The notes under the pieces: model-generated
The model's database searches: none
Told to the model about the DNA's origin: nothing
Seen by the model: the letters and a program-made list of their open reading frames with translations, nothing else
NCBI GenBank assembly: GCA_000165425.1
Contig: CT867998.1
Location: forward strand, 1-64,000
From: Paramecium tetraurelia
Taxonomy: Eukaryota
Direction: 5' to 3'
DNA length: 64,000 nucleotides
Shown: positions 39,151 to 55,680 of the stretch, in pieces
How the letters are laid out: the number at the start of each line of letters is the position of its first letter
How positions within the stretch are numbered: position 1 is the stretch's first letter
Position numbers and translations under genes: made by a program

Positions 39151-41602
39151 TCATGAACTATATACTTCTATATCAATTAGGTCTTATTTGGATAGGACTT
39201 TAGTTAATTTGATTTCTTGATGTTGTCTCGCACTACTTGCCAGAGTGTTATGAGTTTTCTTAATATGACAACCATTCAAACTATTAGGAGATCGTTTTGT
39301 CAATTGATCCTTCTTAGATCCTTTAAGAGAAACGCAATCTATCTCGTCTTCTTCTTCTTCATTCTACGAATCTAATTGAGCCATACGATTTTTGTGAACT
39401 GGAGCATTGGTTCTCTTCCTTTTGTTCTTAGAATCTCTGGCTTATTTGGATAGTTTTTCTAGTTCAACAAGAGAATTGAAACTATACTGAATCGTAGTTT
39501 CTACCATCTTTAACAATCGTTGGTTCAATGAATTTTCTTAGTTTACTCTATTGTTGAATGAGTGTTCGTGATTCTCATGATTTTTGCCATGATGTTCCAT
39601 ATCTTCATTGTTCTCATGATGATCATGATGATCCTGATGGTAATTCTATTAGTGTTCAAGTTCTTCATTGTTCTCATGAACATCTAGAGCCAAACTTTCG
39701 TATGCTTTGTATAATGTCTTGAATTTTCTTTCTGTATTATAAATCTGTCTGCCTCCCAATAGACTCTTTGAACTGCTCTTGAATTTCAACATATCGTTCT
39801 TTTTGTTTGCCAAATCGTTATTTGATACTTTGTCTTTTTACACTTCCTTCAGATTTTCAGAGATACACACAACTGGTTTAGGCAAGTAATTAAATACTTT
39901 CCTTTGAGTCTTATTGAGAAAGATGTGTTTGAACTTCTCGATTTCCTATAGTTTGCTTATAACAACTAAGATGTCCATATCTGTCAAGATCATTTTCCTT
40001 GACTTTTCAAATATCTTAGCTTAATAATTGACTGTGCTATTCTTCTTGAATAAATCACACATTTATTTCACAATAAAAAGCACTCCAAAAGACAGTTTCT
40101 TTTTGCTCTCCAAAATCAACTTAATAAATTAATCCAAGAACTTCTCTTTATCCTTATCTAAATTGGGCTGGTGTTGATTCTCATGAGATTAATCAACTGA
40201 TTTCTCTGATTTTAAGTTGCCGTAATGAGCATCGCTGCTTATGACTTACACTTTGTTTGTATGCACACTTACATTGTCTGATTCATTAGGTTGAGTTGAG
40301 CTGATCGGAAACTTTAATGCAGTTGCAACCCTTGTCATATGAATTACTCTATGAGCACTATGTTTAAATTTTTGAACTACATCATCAACAGACTTCATAG
40401 AGTCTATTATCTTAGTAACCAGAGATTGAAAAGAGAAGACTAATTCTCCCTTTTTTTTCTCTGGCATATCAAATTAGTACAATGCATTAGCCATTTTAAT
40501 TTACAAACCAGTCTAATTGTAACGAAGTATAAAATAACCCAGTACAGTGGCTAAGAACTTAGTTATGCCACCAACATAGGAAATGAGTTCGTCTATGCGA
40601 TAGTATTGCTTGGAGTGATGTGTTTCGGATTGCGAAAGACGTAAGTAAAAGGATGCGACCTGAGTAAAATTGGAGGTATAAACTTATTGTTGTGCCAATT
40701 TATTTTCCACTATGGAAAACACTTGCTGGTTATTGATGTCCTGGATTCCTGGGACAACTGAATTATCGACTGTCATTGCCTGTTTCTCGAGGTAGATGTC
40801 TGTCTTGGTTTCGAGGCCATACTTGGCAGAAATGTAGAAGTCAGAGTAGATTTAGGAAATGTAATTTGATTCCAGGTTTAAATTCGGGATTCGGTTTAGC
40901 ATCAAAGTGTTGATTTTAAAACTATTATTCAAATAACCTAGGAGTTATAATTATTGAATTTCAGTGGTGGAATAGCAGGCACTAGTTTAACATAGTAGAG
41001 CAGTGATTCTACCATATTGGAATGTATTGGATTTGTAGGTGCCTTACAAAATCAGAGTGTAATTGAGTGGCAGACAATAATAGCCATTCAGTTGATTTTT
41101 GAGTATTTTCTATGATTATATTATAGGTGATATACATTGTAGATGGTGGATTCATTGAACTCCTGGAAGTGCTTGATTGTACACTGTTCAAGGGGTATTG
41201 AGTATTTTTCTGTTTTACTCAATGTACCATTATCGTTTATGTTTTACTCATATTCAGTGTACTTAAAGTCTATTAGTTGTTTGGTTCCGTTAATTATTGG
41301 ATCCTCTACCTGGAAGGCCATCATAAAATCGGTGTAGTCGATCATGGTTATCGGGGGGTCGATGTTCAGTACTCTATTTTATGAGATCTCAAGAGATTAG
41401 CAAATATGTGTACTGTGAATGATTCCTATTTGATTAGACTAATTGCTCCTTGAATAAAAATGATGGCCAAAACAACCACCATTATGATTGTGCAAAATCC
41501 ACCAAATGGCGATTGATGGGTTTCTTTTTTCCTGAAATTCAATTTCACTTCTGCTCCAAAGGTATCGCAATAAGAAACTTTCTAAATGAAATTTTATATC
41601 AT
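39151..41602 (-). CDS. Second ciliate-expanded two-TM membrane protein with a long, His-rich cytosolic tail
   Basis: [25 protein letters not shown] (TM1), [24 protein letters not shown] (TM2), [30 protein letters not shown], and tail [26 protein letters not shown]. Confidence 0.82.
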
Positions 41603-42480
41603 AAATTATTTTAATAAACATAGACAGCAAAAATATATTGTTAATAATCCCATAAATTGTTTATGAATAGAAATTTATTAATATAATGTTAAACATTTGT
41701 CAATACTAAATCTGATGATATTATGTCTCACGACATCAGAATTATTGTTGCTGATAAATTCACGACTCCACTGATTTGTTTAAACCTATATATTTTTTCT
41801 ATTTCTTTTTTATATTAATTAATTTTATTTACCTTACCCCTTCTTACGTCACTAAATTATCCGCTCTCCAATCCCGACTCAATCCCTCATCGTATTCCAA
41901 TATATTTAATTATAAATTAAACTATTCTAATTGAATAGCAGAGGAGAGGATAGAATAGAATAGAATAACTAAACCAAACAGTGGAGTTGGCACTAGTATA
42001 GTATTTCTTATCTAATCACTTAGTCTAACTAAAGTCTAATGATAATTTAAATAAATATAAAGAAAATAGAGAGTTTTTTATAGGGTAAGATATCTATATG
42101 AGTGTTTGAGTAGTCAGTGAATACAATAATTTTAAATAATCTAGTTTTCACTATTGTTGAATTCCATGAAATCATTTAATAGCAGCTAAATTTGGATAAC
42201 ATGCATTCTACATCATTTACAATAAATGGACCTCCTCCAATTCCATTTAGATATTACTATAATACTTCAAAACAAGACTCCCATAATATTCTAATTTTAT
42301 CATTCTCAAATGAGTTGAGTATGCAGTCATAATTCTCTTTAGTTTTTAAATTTAACTAGGGAGACTAAAGGGTCTCACAAGTTTTAGTTATTTTGATTTT
42401 TATCTATCAAACATTTTAATTTGATAATAAATTGTAACATTGATGTAAAAGTAAAAAAAAAAGTATTTTATAAATTAATT

Positions 42481-43319
42481 ATGTTTTAATCATATGTAAT
42501 TGATCGGAAATTTAAGACAGAGTCAAGCAAAGTCGTTCAAAATGTACGATTTACAAAGGTATTTCAAAGAGGAAATGAACATAAGAATTATTCTTTTGAA
42601 ATTCCCAATGATTATGACTAATTACCAAAAAAACTCAGGTGCCAATCTACTTATTCGAATCTGTGTGGTTGCAGATCACATAAATACCAATTCTTTCATG
42701 ACATCATTTCCGAATTTGCTGAACACAAAAAACAAAGATTGGCTAATGTTATCATACAAAATCTAAGTAATTACCCTTATAAAAAGGATTTACAGAAAAA
42801 TCCACACTACCATCCCAGGGTTCTGCACGCAACATATTCTCAAAGGGTGGACCAAGCCTAAATCATAATTACAGTCAATTTATGAAAAAAGTTAAAGATT
42901 TTAAAATTGCTGAACAGAACATCATTGCTCAAACTCCCAGGTATTCATTCACATTTGAAACAAGTTCAATACAAGAATGCATGCCTCTCACTAGACAACC
43001 CTCCTTCGAACAAGTTTTAGACGCAAAGTAAACCCTAACTCCGAGTTACTCCAGGAACCAAAGTCCCAAATTGCTGTTCAGTATCTTACTACCTAAAATT
43101 TCAGAACCTTAATAATTTATATTAAAATCGAAGTTCAAAACCAACAATGCCCTTGACAAAATACTGACTGAAGCCAGGAATCAAATCACGACTTCCCAGT
43201 CTCCCAGATCAGTGCAAGTGAGTCAACACAAAAAGATCAAGTCTCATCCTGCGAAGGTGTATACTGAACACAACCGACTCTTACAAAGAGTGATACTTAA
43301 AACTAAGCTGAACTAATGA
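42481..43319 (+). CDS. Hypothetical protein
   Basis: MFQSYVIDRKF... is open to TGA 43317-43319 after removing one 29-nt GT-AG intron. No family recognised. Confidence 0.7.
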
Positions 43320-43336
43320 TATTATTTATTGTAATT

Positions 43337-44077
43337 TCAATAGTGTTTATAGTATAAATTAGAAAATAAAGTATTCTCCTGTTTTCTGTAGACATTCGAC
43401 TTCGGTATAGTGTATTATTGTTCGTAATGGAAGTGCTGCTATTTGTTGGACTCCTTCAATCTCTGGAGTTTCATCTCGAAATCATCATCAAACTGCTTTT
43501 GCTTGTAATCTCTCTCCACTTGCTTGGGACTTGCAATTCTCCTATTGCAATTCGCTTCATTTATCACATCGTTGAACACCTGTCTCTCAAATGTGCCCAG
43601 TTGCCTCAAGAACCCATTATTGGGGAAGATGATTGACCTCCTCTATTCCACATACTCCAGAGCCTCTCTCGCTCCAATCAGGTCTTTTTTTATGAGGTAA
43701 GCCAAAACGATAACTGCGCTTCTTGATATCCCCATTTGGCAGTGCACCAAGACATTTGTTGATCTGCGAGAGGCTTCAATGAATCTGAATGATTCATCAA
43801 AGTGCTTGCTTATTTGGTAGTCATCCTCGTCGTCAGCCATGCATTGATGATAGAAGTTCAGCTTAATCTTGGTTGATGAGGGGATGCTCTGAGGACACAC
43901 AGTCAAAATGGCTTTGATTTAATATTAAGATAAAGTGTAAGGATCACCTAAATTCATTTATCAAATACTTGCAGCTTCCATGTTGCCTAAATACAACCCT
44001 CCAAGTACTTTTGAAGGTTCAATAATACAAGAGATGGGATCATCTCTTTTACTTGATTGCTTTTTGGGTGAACTCAT
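43337..44077 (-). CDS. Dual-specificity protein phosphatase
   Basis: GGLYLGN, VLVHCQMGISRSA (HCx5R), AYL and RSIIFPNNGFLRQL. One 21-nt intron. Confidence 0.93.
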
Positions 44078-44564
44078 TAAATAAATAAATTTTATTATTC
44101 AATAAAAATAAATAAAATAATCCATATTTATATTAATATCTTTAATATCCAATATTTTTAAATTTTAAATGAGATTATTATTATTACCATCCTTGACTCA
44201 GGTATATTCGATATCGCTCTTTTTCATTTTTAGGATTGAAGTAGTTGCTAAATACTAATGGAAATAATTGGAGTTATATAATTAAATTAGAATAGAATAT
44301 TTAATATGATGAAATTACTTTAAATTAAGAGGAATGAAAGTAATTCTCACACATTATGATAAATAAATGAATACATTTAAAATTAGTACAATTATTTGTT
44401 GTTCCTAAGATAATTTAAAGTAACTTAATGTAACTTAAACATTATTCACCAGTACATAGTGATTTAACTATATGTTTCTGGGATTGACAATAAATTCATT
44501 GGAATTTTGAAAAGCAATACTTATTATAATTTTTTTATCATTATTCTAAATAAAAAAGTTGGGA

Positions 44565-45354
44565 ATGGATCGTAATCTATTAATAATATTAGAGAAAAGA
44601 CGAGTTATAGTAGTTAATCGATGAACAGAATAAGGAGGAGTTTTCGGATGACTAGGATTTGGTGTCTCATATAGATATTGAGGATTTTGAATAGCGATTG
44701 CAAACGAGTCAGTCCTTTGTGAGGGAGAAGCCTCCGCAACACAGTCAGAGGGCTCAATCTGGAATGACTCAAATTGGGAAGCAGCAACCTCAGAGTTTGA
44801 AGGATCTGAATGAGAAGATGCAGTAAAATCTAGCCAAAAAGCAGGTGAATTAGCCCACCAGAGTTTAGGGGCAATAGAGGTCATAGCAGTAGTTTTCGCA
44901 AACTTAGCAGGTTCAGAAAAAACAGGAGTATGGAATCAATTCAAATAATCTAGTAAGAGGAAATCTGTGGAGCCGAGGGCGAACAATAATCCTCGTCAGG
45001 TGTTGGAGTAGGCGCAAAGGGACAATCAGGATTTGCTGTAGAAGTTGGGGACGATGAGGAGACAGCTGCAATCCTTGGAGGCGGAGAATGCGGAGTTGAA
45101 GTAGGAGATTTAGAGGAAGGGTAATTCGAGTGGGTTTTTGCCGAAGATTGAGTAGGCGGCGAACTCGGAGTTGAAATTGTTGAGGATGGAGAATGAGGAG
45201 TTGAAGAGGATCGTCTAGAAATAAAATGTACGAACAGTGAAACATTTTGTGTTAGGGTAGTGATTCGGGGAAGATGTTGTAGATGTACGGGTTGTAGGTG
45301 GTGAAATTGAAATGTCGGATCGAGGAGCTTACTTAGTAATTGGAGAAGTAGTGA
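44565..45354 (+). CDS. Coiled-coil protein with unusually G-ending codons
   Basis: ELQQLIDEQNKEEFSDD...RQLQSLEAENAELKQEI...LRMENEELKR to TGA 45352-45354. Three short introns; the first acceptor is uncertain. Confidence 0.72.
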
Positions 45355-45385
45355 TATCATTAATATATATATAAAAATAAATCAA

Positions 45386-46742
45386 ATGAGTATTTAAGCT
45401 GTGAATTACGAGGTGGAAGATATGGGTCGCTATTTCAAATCGTAAAAAAAATGAAATCATTCTTAGATCAAAGAAGAAGTACAAATGGACATTCATGTTG
45501 GAGGACAAGCAACACATGTTGGAATTAGAATTCTCATATCTCAGTGGGAAGAGAAGACTGGTGTTGGACGGCAGAGTACTACACGAAAGCATGTAAAATG
45601 TGATATCTATTATCAGGATGCTCACCTCCTCATTCCAGTATCCCTTTACTCTGGAAGGATTTGCTTTAAACGTGATTTAACAAGGGGATGCGTTTGAATT
45701 GAGAATCAATAATAAGGTCTTCTCTCATCTATACACTCAATGTAAGAATCTTGTTTCCCTCCCCTAGAAAAAACAAAGAGCGAGTTTGTGTACGATGAGA
45801 AAATCAATAATACCAATAAAACGGACAACAACTTCTATTCTGAGCCTCCCAATTTTAATACCCAATTTTCCAACAATAATAACTTTCAAAACAATTCACA
45901 GTATATTATAAATCATCATATTTCATTAGAAAAATTAATTTAAATATTAAATTTGAAAACCCCAAGGACACCAATCCCATCTAATAAAAGACAAGCGTGG
46001 TATAATAGACCAAGTATGGAATCTTAATTTATTCTAGAACATCCACCACCTTTGGGTAGCCAGGAGCATTTGAAGAATTTGAATAGTTCGGTCAGGTGTC
46101 CAAAACCTCCAATAATCCATTTGGAGATTCTTTCCAGGTTTCAGGATTTTCCTCAGGCCAAGCAGTTTAGTAACAATAAAAAAGTATCATTTATGTATCA
46201 TATAAAAACAGAGGTGGACTTATTAAATTTAGATGATGATGTGCCATAATAAAAGGCAGTCAATCCACCATAATAGGAGTTTCTATTTGAATAATAATAA
46301 TAATAATAATAATAGGAAAAAACTAATATACCTCAATAAACTAATTTATTTGATGCCTTTGGTAATGGGTGGAATTAACAACAATAATAACAATAACAAT
46401 AAATTCCATAACAATAATAAAACATGTTTTAATAACCAACTTAGGTTCCACAACCATTTGAGTATTTATCTCTATTCTATTTTTAGATCTTTTAATTAAA
46501 TGGGCTAAAATACATAAGGATTTTAAAATCAATAGTAATAGGGTGGATTCCAAAACTCTCATGCTTTTGGATAAGACTTTCCCTAAGCTCCCCAACAATA
46601 ATAAAATTTAAATATCTTAAATTTGTATGGCAATCAACCACCAGTTGTTGGAAATTTAGCCTATTCAGCATTTCCTTAAGTTCAATAATACAATTAACCA
46701 GTGCCCTAGTCATAGCCTACTCCATTTGATCTGTTCAAATGA
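45386..46742 (+). CDS. FAIM-like beta-domain protein with a Gln-rich, NPF-containing disordered tail
   Basis: KYKWTFMLEDKQHMLELEFSYLSGKRRLVLDG resembles FAIM1. The tail has AFEEF, NNPFGD, DLLNLDD and poly-Q, ending TPFDLFK-TGA. Several short introns. Confidence 0.65.
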
Positions 46743-46785
46743 GATAAATATTATTCATAATAAATATAAATATTCAAATTTAAAA

Positions 46786-47612
46786 ATGGAATTGTTAAAT
46801 TACGCTGCCACAGTAATCCAAAAAACCTTCAGAGGATTCCTAGCCAGACAAGCAGTGAAATAAATACGAAGGATAAACTACTTCTCCTCTTTTGGTATTG
46901 CAATCCTCTCAATTAGATCATCAAAATGAATATGGGTTTTGCATCCAACCCTAGAAATCGAAGAAATCCACTCGCAATACTCAATCACTCATCTAACCAA
47001 CCAAAAGAATGATCAGAAGTGCAGTCTACATTCAGAAATGCTATCGAGGGTACTTAAGTAGAAAATATGTTTGCAATTTTTACAGATTGAAATAGATCGT
47101 ATTATTTTTAGAAGGACACATCCATAATTTCCTGAGGAAAGTAAAATGATTCTGATATTAGAGAATTTAATAAAGGAAAATCCACATCAAACAATTGATG
47201 GCATAATGTTACAACTTTCAAACTCAATGCAAATCTATTGCAAAAGGTCGATACAACTACAGTAAGTACATGAATCAAAAGCAATTCGATGAAGTAAATG
47301 GTATAATATTTACATCTTTCTTGCATCTCATGATACCTAACTTTGAAAAGATGAATTCTGAATAGAAATCTCATTATGTAGATTAAATCTTAGGAGTTGT
47401 TCAATCGAATCCCCCAAGGAAAACCATGCCAACCTAGATCAGTTCTAAGACTCCCTTGAAGTAGAGACACATCATTTAGAAATGTCAGTGTTTTGTCTTC
47501 TGAAGTAATGACAAGTAATGGTAGTTGCACTTCAAGCCATAAATCCAAATCGAATTTGACAAATGAAGAATTCAAGTCAATATTATAAAGATAGAATAAA
47601 AAACCAAAATGA
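46786..47612 (+). CDS. IQ calmodulin-binding motif protein
   Basis: AATVIQKTFRGFLARQ at the N-terminus; the remainder is low-complexity to TGA 47610-47612. Confidence 0.75.
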
Positions 47613-48059
47613 CCTGATTTTTATTTAATTTTTTGCTGAACTTATAGAAAATAATTAATAATACTAATTGATTTATGAAGATATAAGTATTAATCTCTTT
47701 AAAGAAACAGAATATTGATAAATAATTATGGAATGTGTAGAATTATGAATTATGTATTATTGTTATTGTTATTATTCAATTTAACACAAATGAAGAATAT
47801 TTCATAATACTTAAACTTTGATTTCAAATCAATTGTCTTTAAATTATGTATTAATTAAAAGAGATTTACTCTATTATTTTGATGATATAATTTAATATAT
47901 ACATTGGATAATAGAGTAGATAATATTTTTATGTCTATTTTATTCTTCATATTCTTCTTAATAACTCAAGATAAAAGATTATATGTTGTCTAACAAATAA
48001 GAAATGATGAGGTTAATTAAATTGTGACAATGATTTTATATATAAAAAGTTCTTATAAT

Positions 48060-48603
<544 letters not shown>

Positions 48604-48824
48604 TTACTTAAGTTAATAATATAATCATAATAGATGGAATTGAAATTTAAATTAGTAAGTTTTCCTTGTCAGAAAAATTCATTAATCACTATTTTTAGAA
48701 CCTAATTTATAAATATTTATTATTGGAATCGTTTAAAATAATAGAATAATTATTCGTAAATTCATATAAATAATATTTTTATATTCTTGGTATATACTTT
48801 CTATAATAAAATTATTAAATAATA

Positions 48825-50774
48825 ATGTTTGAAGAACAAGTTGCTAATGAAATTCAAGAAGCAGACAAACAGCATGTCCGAGTCTCATTCCCACAACGAT
48901 CATGGCTGTCCATAATTTAGGACAAGATTGTGTAGTAAAGCCAAGTTATCAAAATTATTACTCATATTTTAGATGAGTCAGTCAGAAATGAACGAAAAAC
49001 ATGAGACTCGATTGGGTGTGACACCAAGTCTCTCCGATAGAGAAACTTTGTGCAGAAAATAAATTGGATAATCTGCCTGTTTTAGAGAGGATTTAGGAAA
49101 ATCCAGGATAAGTGATTTAGATACACCCACTACTCGATACAGGGTATTAATTGTTAGCTACTGCCATAGACTTAACCACATGAGGTTCATTTTAGGATTA
49201 GAGTGTTTATTAAGTATTTGTTCTTGAGGGTAGTATTTACTGTTATAGGTCCATTAATTTTGGGTTACAGTTTAATTAGGAGAGATTGGCTGAGTTTTAT
49301 GAGCAACTTCAGAATGATTGGTAATTGGGGCGAAGTTTGGTATAACTATTTCCGATGGATATCAAACTACATCCTAGTTTTTACGATCCTCTATGATACC
49401 ACTGATGAAGAAAAGAAAATCATGCATTACGAAATCGCATTCTTCATTATTGTGTACATCACTGAAAATGTGACATATGCTATTAAATTTGCTTTTTTCC
49501 ACCCCTCCAAATTGGTGTTGATAGAAAACTTCGATATTTGTGTAGTTGGTGACTCATGTGAGTAGAGCATCAACCCTTATCATTGGGCATAGTAACACCA
49601 ATCTACAATCAGCAAAGAATTGGAGCAATCCTTAAAGCGATCCCAAGTGGAAAATTCTATATTCCAATTGTACTTCATGGTTGCACCGAATTCAGAGAGA
49701 TTGAAAAGAATCTAAGTGCCAGAATAAGATTTAAAACATAAAATTTAGATTGAAGAAACAGCTGCCGATGGCTTTTTGATGGCTAATGAGATAATCAATG
49801 AATTCAATAAGAGAAACAGTTATAAAACTGCAATACAACTCGCAATCTTACTGGGAGTCATACGAGTAGGGTTGTACATCTTGATCATGGAACTCTGTGA
49901 AGAATCCGTTAAGAGCACTAGCGTCGTTGTCTAACTTTCTCTTTTTCAGTTCATGTACTTCAGCACGATCCTCACGTTGATGATCCTGACTTACAGAGAT
50001 CTAAGGAGAAAGGTTTTCTCAATGACACAACTATCGCATCTGATATCAGCAGAAAAAGTTGAAGTCTACCAGGAATCCAAGATCTTTCCAACCATCAATT
50101 TGTTATGCACTGTTTCCATATACTCCTGGGTTAATCTGAGGATGATCCTCCTTGATTATGGGTTGCAATACACAAGAAGACAAACATTCATATTGTCATT
50201 CATCATGATTATCAATACCATTTTGATGGGTGTGATGACTCTTCTCTTTTATTTGGAACTCGCCTCTATGAATACCATACTCCAACAGACTATGGACTTC
50301 GCAATTATTGCTACCTTCTCTATTGGCTTAGTCTTATAGGGAGCGAGGATTAATGCTCATTGGTCTATTCATAGGGGATTACTGAGAAAGAATCTCTTTC
50401 TTATTCAATAATTGGCCTATCAAATGTTCAGGCCTTTGGATTACAGCTTTAAAGCAGAAGACCCTGTGTTTCATGTATTTATTATTTCAATTAACTCTAG
50501 GCTCTATCAAGAATGCTGGATACTACCTATTCAGATGTCATTATTAGAGAAGACTCGCTGCTTAATTACTCAACTTTTTGCATCAGTTCGATTCAATATG
50601 TGGTATATCATTTATTTAATTCAGTTTGATAATTTGGGACATTAAGAAAAGTCTTAGCCCTACACTGTAATGGGTATAGCTATGACATATTAACTATTGT
50701 TATAAGTTTGTGTGAGTGCATTGGGATTGATTGCAACTTCAGGATTGAATTTCATACTGTAGGTTACTAAATGA
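48825..50774 (+). CDS. PHTF-like multi-pass membrane protein
   Basis: Several TM segments. YRDLRRKVFSMTQLSHLISA..PTINL..SWVNLRMILLDYG parallels the PHTF core, and the C-terminus is QPYTVMGIAMTYQLLLQVCVSALGLI. Confidence 0.7.
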
Positions 50775-51618
50775 TTACAATTATATTATAATAATCATAC
50801 TAAATAAATATCAAAGAGATTTTGACATATTACTCAAAGGTTACAAATTTATGCATTTCTCTATTTTTTGTTATTGTGTATTCATATCCTTAAATGTAGG
50901 CTATAAAATATGTTAGATGATAGCTACAGACATACTAATGAGGATTATTGTTTCGTATTAAGATGCTATAAAGCAAATTTATTAGTTCAAATTAATTTGA
51001 TATATTTCCTTTTTTGTTCCATTTTTACATGTAGTCTTCTATCATACTCTTATCTATGAGATGGTAAATACAGACATTTTTTATTAATTAAAGACCAAAT
51101 ATAATAAATAGAGTATCATTAAAATAGACTCCAAAGTAGTATAACCATAAGTTCACTAGGTGAAATTACAAATTCTATCTTTTCCACTTATATTAAGATT
51201 AAAAAATAACTATTTTTGAAACTAGTCTAGATTATATTTATTATTACACTTCTAATTGGTTACATTGTTTACATAAAGAATATAGAGAATGAAGGATTTT
51301 CAAATTCATTCCCTCCTACCATTCCTCAAATTTCTGAACATGTATATTTACAACCCTCGAAATTAAAATAGGAATGAAGTATTCCTTTCGAAGATTGAAT
51401 TCTAACAATTGTCATATTGGAATTTGTTGGAGAATAAAAAAGTATGAATAGAGGCTACTTATCGACAAGAATCTAGGTGTGGATGATAAGGAAGGAAGTG
51501 GAATTCTGAGTATTTTGGGAAGAATAAATAAAATTAATTAATTACACGTTAAAGAATTTCTAGAAGAATTCTCTTTGTATATAAATTGAGTATACACATC
51601 ATTTGGAATTAATTTATT

Positions 51619-53648
<2,030 letters not shown>

Positions 53649-53674
53649 TTTAATGTGTGCAATATTTTATTTTA

Positions 53675-54592
53675 ATGAAAGTTGTATTTCAGATTTGCAT
53701 AATTTCCTTACTATTGACTACCTGCGATGCATTCAATATTCATCAATATGCTGCCATGCTACCTGGTCTCAAACTACCTCCCAACACCAAAACCAGAGTA
53801 TTGGTCATTGACACCTTCGAAGACTTCTTATGGGCCAATGTCTATGTAGGGTACGATCAACAATATTTCAAATTAGACTTTTCTACTACTTTTCATACTT
53901 AGCAACTGGAGCTGCTCTGGAATTCACTAATCCCATACCAAAATCTGCCTTCAGACTAAAAAACATGAAACTTGAAATCAGTAGAGGTGTCTCAGCCTTA
54001 TTCTGGGTTCTGCTCTCTGCCACCATATTCATGTGGAAGGTTGAACCACTTACACCATATTATGGCTATTATGAAACACATGATTTCGGATTGAAGGAAT
54101 GGCTCATTGGACTCTTAGTGTATCTCTAACTTCTATTCATTAGATATTCCATTGGATTCGATTTCTACTTCTACGTCACCCATATCATCCTCCATCAACC
54201 ATTCTTTTGGAAATACATCCACAAGCAACACCACGAATTCATCGAACCTACAGCGTTTGCATAAGATGCAGTCCACCCAATCGAAGCCATCGTACAAGGC
54301 CCCTTAGGACATTTCTTCCCATGTCTCTTCTACCCAATCCCTCCAGTTTGGCATCAGTATCTCAAATTATTCTACAATTAGCTTTTTTGGCTTCTTGACT
54401 GCTGTCTATGCCCAAGCTGCTCACGATGGAAGATGGGATCCATTCGGACATATCAATCACCATTTCTATGTCACCTGCAACTATGGAATTTGGGGAGTTT
54501 GTGATAGAATATTTTAAACCAACCATTCCTCATCAAGATTCCCTGTTAGATACGTTCCAAGTTGGGAGAAAGACGCAAAGAAAGTCAAATGA
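53675..54592 (+). CDS. Fatty-acid hydroxylase / sterol desaturase superfamily protein (ERG3/C-5-desaturase-like)
   Basis: His boxes [22 protein letters not shown] and HINHH..NYG..DRIF. Three short introns. Confidence 0.88.
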
Positions 54593-55680
54593 TCACCTTA
54601 AATAATTCACGAATAAATCAACATTCAACAAATCCCATTCACATTAATAAAATTCTATTATTCTGATCTGTTATTCCTATTAATTCTTTAAGTGTCAACA
54701 ACCTCATTCAAAATATAGTAATTATCAAATGTTAAATTACCTATGGAAACGATTTAAGTGGCCAACTTGAATATTTGGAGGTGATCTAGAAGATTTTCAA
54801 AATCTCAACATTCTTATTTAAATTGAAGGTTTTTAACGAAAAATCATTTAATTTGATGATTTATTAGTTAATTCAAACATGTATAATTCTCAATTCTTAG
54901 ATTTAAAAACTCTTAGTAAAACTAATTTTCAAATTATCAGTGCACTTTCTGTATAACATGATTATATAAGCAAAACATTAGTGTAGAATAATTTAATAGT
55001 CTCTTATTACCTAAGTAACCTTTCATTTATTTTTTATTATGTCAAACATTTCATACAAATTATTTATAATTATAAACAGTCAGTTCCTATTTATATTCTA
55101 AAGTCTTATTTTTTCTTCAAATGATTGCGATCTTATCTATAATCTTAAATCTTTTGCTTATTTCAAAGTTTTTTTTTTATTAAAGTTATCTAAATAAAAC
55201 TATTATTATAACATATTTTGAGAAATATTGATGTGCCTCCTTATCAATTCAATTTTCATAAGCAGAACCTTTTGAAAACAACATTGTAAAAGTTCAAAAT
55301 AGAATTCCGCTTTTGAAAATAACCTCATGTTTTAATAATTTATCATTTTCATTGTCATGCCCCATCTAAGTTTATGCTTGGCTCATTGATAAATTATAAC
55401 TCTTCTTATAGGCATTTAGGATACTTAAATTTAATCTACTTCTACCTTTATTAGCATTTTTACTATAAATTGGAATTATACAAATTACTAGAATACAATA
55501 GTTTATAATAAATATTAATCAAATTTATATGCAATTAGATTCTTGTAAATTAAATTAAATTACATTTTATATGAAAAAGATATTAGGAACTTTCTGAAAC
55601 ACTAGATTCAATGAAAATTACTACTAGACAATTACTATTTTAGTATAAGAGATAAGTTAATATTAAATTAATTTTAATTA

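Noticed and set aside
46289..46425. (AAT)n/(AAC)n microsatellites
   Set aside because: They are in-frame poly-Gln (TAA/CAA) within the 45386-46742 gene.
51550..51590. Heat-shock element upstream of BiP (gaatttctagaagaattc)
   Set aside because: Only two correctly phased nGAAn units are present, which is too weak in AT-rich DNA.
54640..55600. Possible minus-strand gene
   Set aside because: Every frame tried hit TGA, with no consistent introns.
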